Source: an uncultured Bacilli bacterium (GTDB lineage: Bacteria; Bacillota_I; Bacilli_A; RF39; UBA660). Taken from it: 64,000 nucleotides of DNA. The DNA is taken from the NCBI GenBank assembly GCA_934129885.1, contig CAKOWU010000004.1:857-64856 (forward strand), in the 5' to 3' direction. The translations under genes were made by a program, and so were the position numbers. Below the pieces are notes generated by a model. It worked only from the letters and a program-made list of their open reading frames with translations, did not search any database and was not told the origin of the DNA. The first letter of the stretch is position 1. Each line of letters begins with the position of its first letter. Positions 41,662 through 52,002 of the stretch are shown piece by piece.

Positions 41662-42651
41662 ATGGATAGAGTAGTAACAAACGATAAACTAGAAGAAGAT
41701 AATTTTGAAGGAACAATAAGACCAAAATCAATTGATGAATACATCGGCCAACAAGAAGTTAAAGAGAACATCGACATCTTTATCAAAGCCGCCAAAATGC
41801 GTGAAGAACCACTAGACCATGTACTACTTTATGGTCCTCCAGGCCTTGGAAAAACAACTCTTGCTTACATCATCGCCAATGAACTTGGCAGCAACATAAA
41901 AACAACTAGTGGCCCAGCTATCGAAAAATCTGGTGATTTAGCGGCTGTTTTATCTACATTAGAACCGGGCGATGTCCTATTTATTGATGAAATTCATAGA
42001 ATGCCTAGATTCGTTGAAGAAATACTATATTCAGCTATGGAAGACTTTACCCTAGATATCATAGTCGGTAGCGACGCCTCAAGCCGCAGCATCAAAATAG
42101 ACCTGCCGCCATTTACTCTAGTAGGTGCTACCACCCGAGCAGGTGACATAACAGGACCTTTAAGAGACAGATTTGGTATAACCTCAAAACTTCATTTTTA
42201 TACCGAACAAGAACTGCAAACAATTATCAAAAGAACAGCCAGAGTTCTTGAATGTAACATCGAAGAAGACGCTGCCCTAGAACTTGCTAAAAGAAGTAGA
42301 GGCACTCCAAGAATCGCCAATAGACTATTAAAAAGAGTAAGAGACTATGCCTTAGTCCTCGGCAGTGGACTTATCGATCTCAAAATTACCAAGATTGCTT
42401 TAGATAAATTAAAAGTAGACGAATATGGCCTAGACGACACCGACTATAACCTACTAAAATCCATAATCGAAAAATTTAATGGTGGCCCAGTAGGAATAGA
42501 TGCTCTTGCATCATCAATTGGTGAAGAAGTAACAACCATTGAAGATGTATACGAGCCATATCTGCTTCAAAATGGATTCTTAAAAAGAACAGCCCGTGGC
42601 AGAATAGTAACCGACAAAGCCTATAAACACTTAAAAATGGAGGATGAATAA
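41662..42651 (+). CDS. ruvB: Holliday junction ATP-dependent DNA helicase RuvB
   Basis: '[14 protein letters not shown]' and 'LFIDEIHR' are present, as is the RuvB C-terminal winged helix. Confidence 0.9.
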   Translation: MDRVVTNDKLEEDNFEGTIRPKSIDEYIGQQEVKENIDIFIKAAKMREEPLDHVLLYGPPGLGKTTLAYIIANELGSNIKTTSGPAIEKSGDLAAVLSTLEPGDVLFIDEIHRMPRFVEEILYSAMEDFTLDIIVGSDASSRSIKIDLPPFTLVGATTRAGDITGPLRDRFGITSKLHFYTEQELQTIIKRTARVLECNIEEDAALELAKRSRGTPRIANRLLKRVRDYALVLGSGLIDLKITKIALDKLKVDEYGLDDTDYNLLKSIIEKFNGGPVGIDALASSIGEEVTTIEDVYEPYLLQNGFLKRTARGRIVTDKAYKHLKMEDE

Positions 42652-43676
42652 TGAAAGTCGAAGATTTTGATTTTTACTTACCAGAAAAACTAATAGCACA
42701 AACACCGCTCGATAAAAGAGACTCATCAAAACTATTAGTTTTAGATAAAAAAACAGGGGACATAACCCATAAACATTTCACAGATATCATAGACTATCTA
42801 GAAAAAGGAGATACTTTAGTCCTTAACGACACCAAAGTAATACCTGCTAGAATAATCGGTACCAAAGAAGAAACCGGTGCCGTTATTGAATTGCTCTTAT
42901 TAAAAGAAATAAATGATAATGAATGGGAATGTCTAACTAAACCGGCCAAAAGAATAAAAGAAGGCACCACAATAAGTTTTGGAGGCGGCATCCTAAAAGC
43001 CGTATGTACCGCATCACTAAATGACGGCATCAAACATTATAAACTAATATATGATGGCATTTTATATGAAATACTAGATAAACTAGGCGAAATGCCGCTC
43101 CCACCATATATACATAAGCACTTGCAGGATAAAGATAGATATCAAACCGTTTATGCCAAAAATATCGGTAGTGCAGCTGCTCCCACCGCAGGACTTCATT
43201 TTACCAAAGAACTTCTAGAAAAAATAGAAAATAAAGGTGTAAACATTGCCTATATAACCTTGCACGTTGGCCTTGGTACCTTTAGACCAGTCGCTGTCGA
43301 AAATATCAAAGACCATAAAATGCATAGTGAATACTACAAAATTGATAAAAAGACTGCAGACCTGCTAAACCAAACCAAAGCAAACGGTAAAAGCATCATC
43401 AGCGTCGGTACCACCAGCACAAGAACCCTAGAAACTATAATGAACCTTTATGGTACCTTTAAAGAATGTAGCGGCAACACCGATATCTTTATCTACCCAG
43501 GGTATAAATTTAAAGGCATAGATAAATTAATAACTAATTTTCACCTACCTAAATCAACCTTAGTCATGTTAGTAAGTGCCCTTGCCGGTAAAGAAAACAT
43601 CATGAAAGCATATAATGAAGCAATAGAAAAAGAATATAGATTCTTCTCATTTGGAGACTCTATGTTTATAAAGTAG
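42651..43676 (+). CDS. queA: S-adenosylmethionine:tRNA ribosyltransferase-isomerase QueA
   Basis: '[14 protein letters not shown]' and '[10 protein letters not shown]' are present. Confidence 0.9.
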   Translation: MKVEDFDFYLPEKLIAQTPLDKRDSSKLLVLDKKTGDITHKHFTDIIDYLEKGDTLVLNDTKVIPARIIGTKEETGAVIELLLLKEINDNEWECLTKPAKRIKEGTTISFGGGILKAVCTASLNDGIKHYKLIYDGILYEILDKLGEMPLPPYIHKHLQDKDRYQTVYAKNIGSAAAPTAGLHFTKELLEKIENKGVNIAYITLHVGLGTFRPVAVENIKDHKMHSEYYKIDKKTADLLNQTKANGKSIISVGTTSTRTLETIMNLYGTFKECSGNTDIFIYPGYKFKGIDKLITNFHLPKSTLVMLVSALAGKENIMKAYNEAIEKEYRFFSFGDSMFIK

Positions 43677-43686
43677 GTGATTTGTC

Positions 43687-44559
43687 ATGGTAATAGTAAT
43701 TGCCGGACCAACCGGAGTGGGTAAAACAGACCTCAGCCTCTGCCTTGCCCATAAACTAAATGGTGAAATAATAAACGCCGATAGCACGCAAATATATAAA
43801 GGGTTAAATATTGCTACCAATAAAGTAATAGATAAAGAAAATATTCCGCATCATCTGCTAGATAAAATAGATATTACGAAAGATTATACAGTTTTCGATT
43901 ATCAAAAAGACGCTAGAAAAGCCATAGAAGACATAATATCTAGAGGCAAAATACCTATCATCGTAGGAGGCACTGGCTTATACATAAAAGCTGCTTTATA
44001 TGATTATAATTTTCCAAGAAAAGATAAAGAACAGTATGAAGGCTATAGCAATGATGAATTATATAAAATGCTCAAAGAAAAAGATCAAAATAGCACAGTA
44101 CATCTAAACAATAGAGTTAGAATAATAAATGCCCTAAACTATATTAACTCTACCAATAAACCGTATAGCGAAAAATCTAAAAACGACGTCTTATTATATG
44201 ATGCCCTGTTTATTGGCCTTACCACCGATAGAGATATTTTGTACTATAAAATAAATAAAAGAGTAGATAAAATGTTAGAAGATGGTCTCATAAAAGAAGC
44301 TAAAGACCTTTATAATACTGGCATTAGAACCAAAGCCGTAATGACACCTATCGGATATAAAGAATTGTTTGAGTATTTTGACGGCAACATATCAAAAGAA
44401 ACAGCCGTTGAAAACATTAAACAAAGAAGTAGAAGGTACGCTAAAAGGCAATATACTTGGTTTAACAATCAAATGCAGTTAAAATGGTTTAACGTCAATT
44501 ATGATAATTTTAAAAAGACAGAAGAAGACGTACTAAAATATATTAAAGAAAACATCTAA
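43687..44559 (+). CDS. miaA: tRNA dimethylallyltransferase MiaA
   Basis: It has the P-loop 'IAGPTGVGKT' and the motif 'INADSTQIYKGLNI'. Confidence 0.85.
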   Translation: MVIVIAGPTGVGKTDLSLCLAHKLNGEIINADSTQIYKGLNIATNKVIDKENIPHHLLDKIDITKDYTVFDYQKDARKAIEDIISRGKIPIIVGGTGLYIKAALYDYNFPRKDKEQYEGYSNDELYKMLKEKDQNSTVHLNNRVRIINALNYINSTNKPYSEKSKNDVLLYDALFIGLTTDRDILYYKINKRVDKMLEDGLIKEAKDLYNTGIRTKAVMTPIGYKELFEYFDGNISKETAVENIKQRSRRYAKRQYTWFNNQMQLKWFNVNYDNFKKTEEDVLKYIKENI

Positions 44560-44670
44560 TAATCGTTAGATGTTTTTTTGTAACTACACAAATATATGGA
44601 CTTTATGTGAGTATGTATTAATATCAAAAACTAAATTTTTATAGGAAATTTAAAAATTTTGTAATTTGAA

Positions 44671-44711
44671 GAAGTAATTTGCCCCACTTACGTTGTATAT
44701 TACTAGTGAGG
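44671..44711 (+). promoter_or_regulatory. Copy 2 of the conserved 41-bp hairpin motif, located about 70 nt upstream of an Rpn-like gene
   Basis: The sequence 'gaagtaatttgccccacttacgttgtatattactagtgagg' was compared directly with 24147-24187. A compensatory extra C:G is present in the stem. Confidence 0.5.
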
Positions 44712-44780
44712 GGAGTAAAAGGAGTATTTCTTAAATAAAAAGGGACTGTATTCATTTTTTGAAGGGAGGAAAAAAAGATT

Positions 44781-45704
44781 ATGGACAATGTGAAAAAAAT
44801 GGATACAAAAAATATTAAAATAAAGGAGGTGTTGCCAGATGGAACAGTATTCTATAAACCACTAGCGGACTCTGTATTTAAGGCTATGTTTGTAGGGAGA
44901 AAGAACTTATTAAAGTTCTATTTAGATATGTCTATGGAAGAAGAAGTGAATGTGGTAAATTCTAATATTTTAGAGTTACCTTATAAAAGTGTATGGTCAA
45001 AAAAGCAAAGAGTAGATGTTATAGCTACTTTGGAAGGCGGTAGACATGCGATTTTAGAAATGAACTCATCTTTTTATGATGGTCAGCACGAGAAAGGTCT
45101 TCTATATCTTTGTACTCTTTTTTCTAACACAATAAAGGCTGGAGACGATTATAAAAATGTAGATGAAGTAATACTCATAAACTTCACTTATGGTTTGCCA
45201 GATTACTATCCTGAAAAAGCCGTATACGTTCTTACCGACGAAGAAACCGGTCTAAAGTATTCCACAAAATTCAAGATAATCGAATTTAATGGGTCTAAAA
45301 TACTTAAGGCATGGTATAATAATGGTAACAGCAAGTACTTACATGTTGCGATGCTTGCGTTTAATAAAGAAGAGTTAGAACGGTTAGGCACGAATGGAGA
45401 TAAGATTATGGAAGAATTTGTAAAGAGTGTAAAAGAGATTAATAATAATTCTGACTTCATAGAGTTTATGTCGAAAGAAGAAGACGAGGAAAAGACCAGG
45501 AATACTTATTTTGCCAATGGTAAAGAAGAAGGTCGAGAAGAAGGCTATATTAGTGGTGAAAAGCATGGTAAAGAGATTGGAGCGTTAGAAAAGGCCATAG
45601 AAACCGCAAAAAATATGTTAAATAAAAACTTTGATATAAAAACAATAGCCGAAGTCACAAATCTACCTTTAAGTGACATTAAAGCACTACAAACCGAAAA
45701 ATAA
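44781..45704 (+). CDS. Rpn/YhgA-like PD-(D/E)XK nuclease / putative transposase family protein
   Basis: The N-terminal 'DSVFKAMF' and 'ILEMN' core are present. The C-terminal 'EGREEGYISGEKHGKEIGALEKAIETAKNMLNKNFDIKTIAEVTNLPLSDI' tail is typical of the family and is similar to the tail of the ORF at 5395. Confidence 0.65.
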   Translation: MDNVKKMDTKNIKIKEVLPDGTVFYKPLADSVFKAMFVGRKNLLKFYLDMSMEEEVNVVNSNILELPYKSVWSKKQRVDVIATLEGGRHAILEMNSSFYDGQHEKGLLYLCTLFSNTIKAGDDYKNVDEVILINFTYGLPDYYPEKAVYVLTDEETGLKYSTKFKIIEFNGSKILKAWYNNGNSKYLHVAMLAFNKEELERLGTNGDKIMEEFVKSVKEINNNSDFIEFMSKEEDEEKTRNTYFANGKEEGREEGYISGEKHGKEIGALEKAIETAKNMLNKNFDIKTIAEVTNLPLSDIKALQTEK

Positions 45705-45759
45705 TATTTTAATAAGACATATCTGAATGTATACTAGGAAATTTATAAGCAAGGATTAT

Positions 45760-45888
45760 CGTATAACTGCATATTATGCGTTACATAAATAGTGAAAATC
45801 TTACTTTTGATATAGATAAAAGTATTTAGCATTTCTCTAAAATACTGATTTTATAGCAAAAGATTATCGCATAATATGCAGTTATACG
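45760..45888. repeat. Perfect 21-bp inverted repeat pair (cgtataactgcatattatgcg / cgcataatatgcagttatacg) separated by 87 bp. Each copy is flanked by GATTAT...TTA. It lies directly upstream of the TasA-like gene.
   Basis: It was read directly, at 45760-45780 and 45868-45888. Confidence 0.6.
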
Positions 45889-45913
45889 TTAATATAGGGA
45901 GAAGATAGATAGT

Positions 45914-47161
45914 ATGAGGCATAGAAGAAATTATAGAAATAAAAACATATTAATAGGAATTTTACTTGTCATTGTTGTTCTGATGGCAATAGGTTATGCT
46001 GCTTTTTCAAGCACCTTAAAAATATCTGGCACATCTAATATATCTACATCTTGGAATATAGCCATAATGGATATTACTACTAGTAATAAAATCGGTAGTG
46101 CATCAGTAAGTGGTACTCCTAGTTATGATAGATTAACCGCAACGTTTAATACCGATTTAGTATTGCCAGGCGATAGTATAACATACAATATCAAAGTAGA
46201 AAACAAAGGTAATTTGGATGCTAAACTTGATAAAATAACTCTAGACAAAACAGATAATCCAGCGATACTATTTGATACAACAGGATTAAAAGAAGGAGAT
46301 ACTTTAAAACAAGGTGCTTATTCAATTCTGTCAGTAAAAGTAACCTACAACAGTAGTGTTACATCACAGCCTACTAAATTAGATGCATCATTTACAGTCA
46401 CTTTAGATTTTGTACAAAATACTAGTTCTACATCAAAAGAAGATTTAACGCCAACATTTACATCTAGCAGCACTGACAGTTCATACATTACTATAAATTT
46501 TCCTGAAGGCTGTGGAACAAAGTTGCAGTGTAGATTTTCTAAAGAAAGTAGTGACTATATTAATGTGTATAATTCTAAAGCTACGGTGTATAACAACGGA
46601 AAAATAACCGCAGAAGTTGTCAATGGAGATGATACAATAACTAATCAATGTTGGAATGGTCTAGCATCGACATCTGCTCCCATTCGTGCGTATGGTTATA
46701 AGATCATCGCATATGGTAACGAAACTATCGATTGGAAAGAATATGGCGGTTTTTCATATGAAGTATTAAATAAATTTCCAATTGACTTGAACGAAGAATT
46801 ACAAAATATGTTTTATAGTGTAGATAATTACGGGAGTACATTAGCAGATTATTTTTATTCGGAAGATGATTTTGAGAAATTTATCAGTATAAGAGATGAA
46901 TTTTCATCTTACGACGTATTCCCACTAAGTTTAGCGGCAAATGATACGGCTGAAAGGACAGAAGAGGGGAAATATATTATTAGATTAACGGTTCCGCAGA
47001 TATCCCGTAAATATAATAATTATATAATACTTGAAGACACTCCAAGTAATGGAATAAGTGTCTCAAATGTTAATGAGACAGATATTGATTTAGAAAAGAA
47101 AGCGATAACTTTTGAAAGCGAAAGCATGAGTATCCTGTACATTTTCTTTAAAAAAAACTAA
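45914..47161 (+). CDS. TasA/camelysin-family secreted protein with a SipW-type signal peptide and a C-terminal extension
   Basis: The N-terminus 'MRHRRNYRNKNILIGILLVIVVLMAIGYAAFSSTLKISGTSNIS' parallels the TasA signal and 'A|AFND' cleavage site. 'LVLPGDSITYNIKVENKGNLDAKL' resembles the TasA 'LKPGDKLTKDFQFENNGSLAIK' block. Confidence 0.55.
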   Translation: MRHRRNYRNKNILIGILLVIVVLMAIGYAAFSSTLKISGTSNISTSWNIAIMDITTSNKIGSASVSGTPSYDRLTATFNTDLVLPGDSITYNIKVENKGNLDAKLDKITLDKTDNPAILFDTTGLKEGDTLKQGAYSILSVKVTYNSSVTSQPTKLDASFTVTLDFVQNTSSTSKEDLTPTFTSSSTDSSYITINFPEGCGTKLQCRFSKESSDYINVYNSKATVYNNGKITAEVVNGDDTITNQCWNGLASTSAPIRAYGYKIIAYGNETIDWKEYGGFSYEVLNKFPIDLNEELQNMFYSVDNYGSTLADYFYSEDDFEKFISIRDEFSSYDVFPLSLAANDTAERTEEGKYIIRLTVPQISRKYNNYIILEDTPSNGISVSNVNETDIDLEKKAITFESESMSILYIFFKKN

Positions 47162-47166
47162 TACCA

Positions 47167-47200
47167 AAAGGACCATATGAATGTCATATAGTCCTTTTCA
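47167..47200. terminator. Bidirectional terminator hairpin between convergent genes
   Basis: The sequence is 'AAAGGACcatatgaatgtcatataGTCCTTTT'. Confidence 0.5.
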
Positions 47201-47202
47201 TA

Positions 47203-47444
47203 TTATCTATAAGGATAATATGCTGGGTAGTAATAACCACCATAATAATAACTAGGCCCGCTATAATAATTAGGCCTGCCATAATAATTGTTGCCATACC
47301 CGTTACCGTAGAAAAATGGTGCTACAAGTCCGCCTGTAAGTCCTCCAAGAATAAATGGTCCTAGAAAACCTCCACTAACAATTCTGTCATCGTTTCTTTG
47401 AAATTGATTTCCATAATAAGGCGTATAACCATTTGTATTTCTCA
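47203..47444 (-). CDS. Small Gly/Tyr-rich low-complexity protein (80 aa), possibly a spore-coat-like protein
   Basis: The start was re-assigned to an ATG with an AAGGGGG RBS 6 nt upstream. The sequence is '...GGFLGPFILGGLTGGLVAPFFYGNGYGNNYYGRPNYYSGPSYYYGGYYYPAYYPYR'. Its composition resembles Tyr-rich coat proteins. Confidence 0.4.
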
Positions 47445-47534
47445 TAAACATCCCCCTTACAAATATATTATGATATAGCGTGTCTTTAGTGATATAAAAC
47501 ATCTTATAACTCATATAATTTTGTAGGTGATTAC

Positions 47535-48350
47535 ATGAAACGTTTTTTTGAATTTATAGGCATCTTAACTCTCGTAATGGGAAGTATTTTGTACTCGGAA
47601 GAAGTAGATACCGTTTCCGTTAGTTCAGATACCTTAATGCAAGAAATAAAAAACAAAGCCAGTGAATATAAAATATTACCTAAAGAGGCCATAATGGAAA
47701 ACGATACCATAATACCAGGCAAAAACGGTAAAGAAGTAAATGTTGATAAAAGTTACTATAATATGAAAAAACTAGGTTATTTTGACGAAAGAGAACTAAA
47801 ATATGACACAGTTTATGTTAAAAATCGTCTTCAAAATAATAAAAATAAATACATCATAGGCGGAAACAAAAATGAAAGAAACGTAACCCTAATATTTAAC
47901 ACAAATAAAAATTTAGAAGATATAAATCAAATTTTAATTAAACATAACCTAACAGCCTCATACACTGTCAGTAGTGCATACCTAGAAAATAATCGCAATA
48001 TAGTAAGTGAACTTATATCTTCTAAAAATAATATCATTAATATAGCCGTGAATCAAACCAACTTTGTTTGGGTAAAAAATACCGTCAAATCACTAGGACA
48101 ACCACAAAACTACTGCCTAAATCCTGCCGAAAATCAGTACAAATACTGCACCCTAGAAAAGTCATATATCTTAAAAACAGACATTATCAAAGATAACCAC
48201 TATATATATGTCAAACATAACCTCACAAACGGTAAAATCTTCTATTTTGCTTCAAATGCTAAACTAGTAAACGAATTAGATACCATAATAAACTACATAA
48301 AAAGTAAAGGCTATAAAATAATTCCCTTAAATAAATTTTTAAATGAATAA
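47535..48350 (+). CDS. Secreted NodB-like (polysaccharide deacetylase-like) protein, probably catalytically divergent
   Basis: It has a signal peptide. 'RNVTLIFNTNKNLEDINQILIKHNLTASYTV' aligns with the NodB 'ALTFDDG...ATFF' region but lacks the Asp-Asp pair. Confidence 0.35.
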   Translation: MKRFFEFIGILTLVMGSILYSEEVDTVSVSSDTLMQEIKNKASEYKILPKEAIMENDTIIPGKNGKEVNVDKSYYNMKKLGYFDERELKYDTVYVKNRLQNNKNKYIIGGNKNERNVTLIFNTNKNLEDINQILIKHNLTASYTVSSAYLENNRNIVSELISSKNNIINIAVNQTNFVWVKNTVKSLGQPQNYCLNPAENQYKYCTLEKSYILKTDIIKDNHYIYVKHNLTNGKIFYFASNAKLVNELDTIINYIKSKGYKIIPLNKFLNE

Positions 48351-48391
48351 TACCGAAACATATCTAATATACTTATTTAGGAGATGATAGA

Positions 48392-49210
48392 ATGAAAAAA
48401 CTAGTTCCATTCAAAAAAGATATACCATTTGATACCGTAATATCAGAAATCAATAGTATATCACTAGAACACGTTGTAGATAAAAAAAGCGATAACCTAA
48501 TAATAGGTAAATTTATCGTAAGCGGTGACTACAAAATGACGCCATCTACTAAAGTATTAGATAAATTCGAATATGAGTTACCATTCAATATTAATGTTGA
48601 TAAAAAATATGATATAGATACCTCTAATGTAGATATCAGTGACTTTTACTACGAAATTATCAATAATAAAACATTATCAGTAAATATCGAACTTACCGTA
48701 GACGACGTCAAGGAAAGAGAAATAGAAGAAGTTAGAAAAGAAGTAGAACCAGAGCAAGAAAGAGAAAATATAGAAAAAGAAAGCACTAAAGAAACAACTA
48801 AAACAGAAAAAATAAAAACTAAAGAAGGGGAGCTTCCTGAAGAAGATCGTAAAGAAAATTCTGTTTCAGTCACCCCAAAAAAAGAAACAAAAGAGGAAAA
48901 GAGAAAAGAGCACAAAGAAGAAAATACAGCTAAAGAAGAAGTAAGAAAAGAAACCAAAGCAAAAGACATCACCGTCCTAGCAAGCACCAGTGTAAACACC
49001 ATAAAGTCCATATTTGGCAATCTAGACGAAAACGAAGCTTACGTAACTTATAAAGTCCACGTTATAACCGAAAACGATACCATCGAAAGTGTCTGTACCC
49101 TATACAACGTCACTAAAGATGACCTAAAAGACTACAATAATCTAGACGACATAAAAATAGGAAGCAAAATGATTATTCCAGCCCATGCCTCAAATAATGA
49201 AAATCAGTAA
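48392..49210 (+). CDS. SpoVID-like morphogenetic protein with a Glu/Lys-rich middle region and a C-terminal LysM domain
   Basis: The N-terminus 'DIPFDTVISEINSISLEHVV...IIGKFIVSGDYKM' resembles the SpoVID N-domain. The long acidic 'EEVRKEVEPEQERENIEKE...' region and the C-terminal 'YKVHVITENDTIESVCTLYNVTKDDLKDYNNLDDIKIGSKMIIP' (LysM) are both present. Confidence 0.5.
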   Translation: MKKLVPFKKDIPFDTVISEINSISLEHVVDKKSDNLIIGKFIVSGDYKMTPSTKVLDKFEYELPFNINVDKKYDIDTSNVDISDFYYEIINNKTLSVNIELTVDDVKEREIEEVRKEVEPEQERENIEKESTKETTKTEKIKTKEGELPEEDRKENSVSVTPKKETKEEKRKEHKEENTAKEEVRKETKAKDITVLASTSVNTIKSIFGNLDENEAYVTYKVHVITENDTIESVCTLYNVTKDDLKDYNNLDDIKIGSKMIIPAHASNNENQ

Positions 49211-50066
49211 AGCCTTAAAAAAATATTCGCTTATCCCAATGGAGTATTTAAAAGTAGGTAATGCCTATATCATAAATACCAAAAAAGGAAAATATGTTTT
49301 CAAAAACGAAACAATAAATCAAAACATCTATAACTACCTAAAATCAAGAAACTTTGATTACATACCAAGGATCATCACCCCCGCCACAGAGCCATACTTC
49401 ATTCGCAAATACGAAGAAAACTATGATATTCCGAGCGAGCAGAAAATGACTGACCTCATAAATATCGTGGCCCTTTTGCACAACAAAACAACTCACTATA
49501 AAGAAGTCGACAGCACCTACTACGACGAACTCTATAACGATTTAGACGGCAACATCGAATACCTTTATACATATTATACCGATCTCATAACCATAATAGA
49601 AACCAAAGTATACATGAGTCCCAGCGAATATGCTCTTGCTAGAAACATCACTGCCGTCTATAACGCTCTAGATGTCTGCCGTGATTTGCTAGAAAAATGG
49701 AAAGAAAAAACAAAAGACAAACAAAAAATTAGAAACGTCGTCATACATAATAATCTATCACTAGAACACTTCATCACAAACGATAATCCATACTTAATAA
49801 GCTGGTCAAAAGCCAAAGTAGACTGTCCCGTTTTTGACCTTTATAAACTGTATAAAAAACACGGATTAGACTATAATTTTGAAGAACTGTTTAAACTTTA
49901 TGAAAAACATTACCCCCTAAAAGAAGACGAAAGATACCTGCTTTATATATTAATATCCTTGCCTGACATAATAGAATTCAAAGGAGACACATATATAGAA
50001 ACTAAAAACATCTCACGTCTTATTACAAATATTTATAAAACCAAGCAAATTATAAAAAAAGCATAA
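49185..50066 (+). CDS. CotS/YsxE-like kinase-fold spore-coat-type protein
   Basis: It lies immediately 3' of the SpoVID-like gene, as in B. subtilis spoVID-ysxE. It carries the 'VIHNNLSLEHFI...DCPVFDL' Brenner-like motif and is 293 aa. Confidence 0.45.
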   Translation: MPQIMKISKALKKYSLIPMEYLKVGNAYIINTKKGKYVFKNETINQNIYNYLKSRNFDYIPRIITPATEPYFIRKYEENYDIPSEQKMTDLINIVALLHNKTTHYKEVDSTYYDELYNDLDGNIEYLYTYYTDLITIIETKVYMSPSEYALARNITAVYNALDVCRDLLEKWKEKTKDKQKIRNVVIHNNLSLEHFITNDNPYLISWSKAKVDCPVFDLYKLYKKHGLDYNFEELFKLYEKHYPLKEDERYLLYILISLPDIIEFKGDTYIETKNISRLITNIYKTKQIIKKA

Positions 50067-50341
50067 TAAAAGATAAAAAAGCCATTACCAAAAACACCAT
50101 AAGCAAAATCAAATTAAGTCTCGTTAAAATAAATAAAGAAATAATAACTTGATAAAATAATAAAATAGAACTAACTCCCCCAATAATAATCCATTTTCCT
50201 CTTCCGCATAACCAAAATCTTCGCATAGTATCACCCATAAATATATTATTCTATTAAATAGTCGCAAACTAGTAATTGCGTCTATTTTTCTTGCCTATAA
50301 TAAAAAAATATTATATAATTAGCATAGAAAGAGTGAATAAT

Positions 50342-51199
50342 ATGAATGAAAAGGGATTTATCGCATCATCCTTGCTTTATGGCTTGCTTGTAATATTTTT
50401 AGTAGTAATGCTGAGTACCATTGCCGTCCTCGCTAATAAAAAATTAAGTTCGGATAAACTAAAAGAAACCGCTATTGATGACGTCAGTGCTGATTATAGT
50501 TCGGCTAATCTAATACACGTTTGGTACGATAGTTATTATGTACCATACCTAAATAATAACCAAATAGTCTGGAAAGACGTCGTATCGGGGCACACGGCTG
50601 CACTAAGTGGCTTCACATCAAACGTAGAATATAGCAAAGGAATTACTTTCGATCAAAACAAAAATATCACAGCCAGTAGCGTAGCCCTAAAAGACATTGT
50701 TTCCAAAGATACTGATTTTTCATTTTCGGCCTACATAAGAATAGATAATCCGCCCTGCGAAACAGATGCCTGTCCACTATTTAGACTAGGGGATATTACT
50801 AGTAACTTTGTACGTGTAGATGCTTCCTCAAATGACTATAACCTAGAACTATGTTATCCTAAAATAATAAATTCAGGTGTAAACAGTAATGAGCCATCAG
50901 TGTCTTGTATCGAAGTTTCATCAAATGACTTTTATAACAACGAAAATACCCCAGTAACCCTCACTGTAATATTCCAAAGTGGTGCCATAAGAGCATTCAT
51001 AGATAATAAACAAGTAAATAACCCAGATGATATTAATGTATCTGGCGGAACATTAGATACCAGTAGTAACTATCCACTTACCATAGGAGGCGGCTTCGTG
51101 GGAACCCTTTATAACTTTATCATATATAAAGGCATACTTTCAGATGCTGGTGTAGAAAAAAACACCATTCAAAATAAAACAAGATACAAAGTAGAATAA
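50342..51199 (+). CDS. Pilin-like N-terminus (KGFIASSLLYGLLVIF, no Glu at +5) fused to a LamG/concanavalin-like jelly-roll domain
   Basis: 'MNEKGFIASSLLYGLLVIFLVVML' is a non-canonical prepilin-like TM. 'VSGHTAALSGFTSNVEYSKGITFDQNKNITA...DFSFSAYIRID' resembles the Laminin_G_3 pattern. Confidence 0.45.
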   Translation: MNEKGFIASSLLYGLLVIFLVVMLSTIAVLANKKLSSDKLKETAIDDVSADYSSANLIHVWYDSYYVPYLNNNQIVWKDVVSGHTAALSGFTSNVEYSKGITFDQNKNITASSVALKDIVSKDTDFSFSAYIRIDNPPCETDACPLFRLGDITSNFVRVDASSNDYNLELCYPKIINSGVNSNEPSVSCIEVSSNDFYNNENTPVTLTVIFQSGAIRAFIDNKQVNNPDDINVSGGTLDTSSNYPLTIGGGFVGTLYNFIIYKGILSDAGVEKNTIQNKTRYKVE

Positions 51200-51305
51200 C
51201 TTGACACAACGTTTCACAAAAGCAACACAAAATTATAAAAAATAATTGATTAAATTTTTAAAATATGATATATTAATTTTGACGATAAGGTAAGGAGGTG
51301 ATAAA

Positions 51306-51896
51306 ATGAGAAATTCAAAAGGTTTTACTTTGATTGAATTGTTAGCCGTTATCATCATCCTTGCTATAGTTGCATTAGTAACTACACCTACTATTACTAG
51401 TACAATTAATAACTCACGTTTAGAGGGTGCTAAAGATAAAGCGTGGGGAACTATTGATGGTATTAAACTTGCATATGCGCAAATAACTACCAACACTGAT
51501 ACAATGGATATTACCGTTGACCTACCAGCAACAGTAACTTTCGGTAGTGTAGCAGAAGGTGCTAAAGCTAGTGGTGTAATTACAAGTGTTAAATCTGGAA
51601 AAGGAACTTCTGCTTCTACTTCTACTTCTACTGATGGCAAAACCACTGCTTATTATGCGATTAATCATAACTTCAACGTAAATGGTGAAATACCACAAAG
51701 TGGGTCAATTCAATTCACAGAAACCGGTAAAATAATTGCTAACCAATTAAAATACACTGGTAATGGTGAATATTATTGTTCTACTGCTAATGGTGGTTCA
51801 GTTATGATATGTGACGCTAAGGCAGATAAAGTTGCGGCTAGTACCGTTGTTAAGGGAAGTACAATTGACACCATACAACAAGAGACAACTGAATAA
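51306..51896 (+). CDS. Type IV pilin / competence pseudopilin-like protein
   Basis: The canonical prepilin signal 'MRNSKG|FTLIELLAVIIILAIVALV' is present. A promoter TTGATT-17-TATATT lies upstream, and a terminator at 51917-51948 lies downstream. Confidence 0.75.
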   Translation: MRNSKGFTLIELLAVIIILAIVALVTTPTITSTINNSRLEGAKDKAWGTIDGIKLAYAQITTNTDTMDITVDLPATVTFGSVAEGAKASGVITSVKSGKGTSASTSTSTDGKTTAYYAINHNFNVNGEIPQSGSIQFTETGKIIANQLKYTGNGEYYCSTANGGSVMICDAKADKVAASTVVKGSTIDTIQQETTE

Positions 51897-52002
51897 TATA
51901 GTAGTATAATATATCAAAATCTTGAGGTTTATCCCAAGATTTTTTTTCTTGCAATAACTATCAATATATGGTATATTCTATTATAGAAGGATATGGGGAT
52001 AT

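Noticed and set aside
50050-50238. 62-aa hydrophobic minus-strand ORF between ysxE-like and the LamG-pilin gene
   Set aside because: It has no RBS and overlaps the ysxE-like 3' end. It could be a small membrane protein, but support is insufficient.
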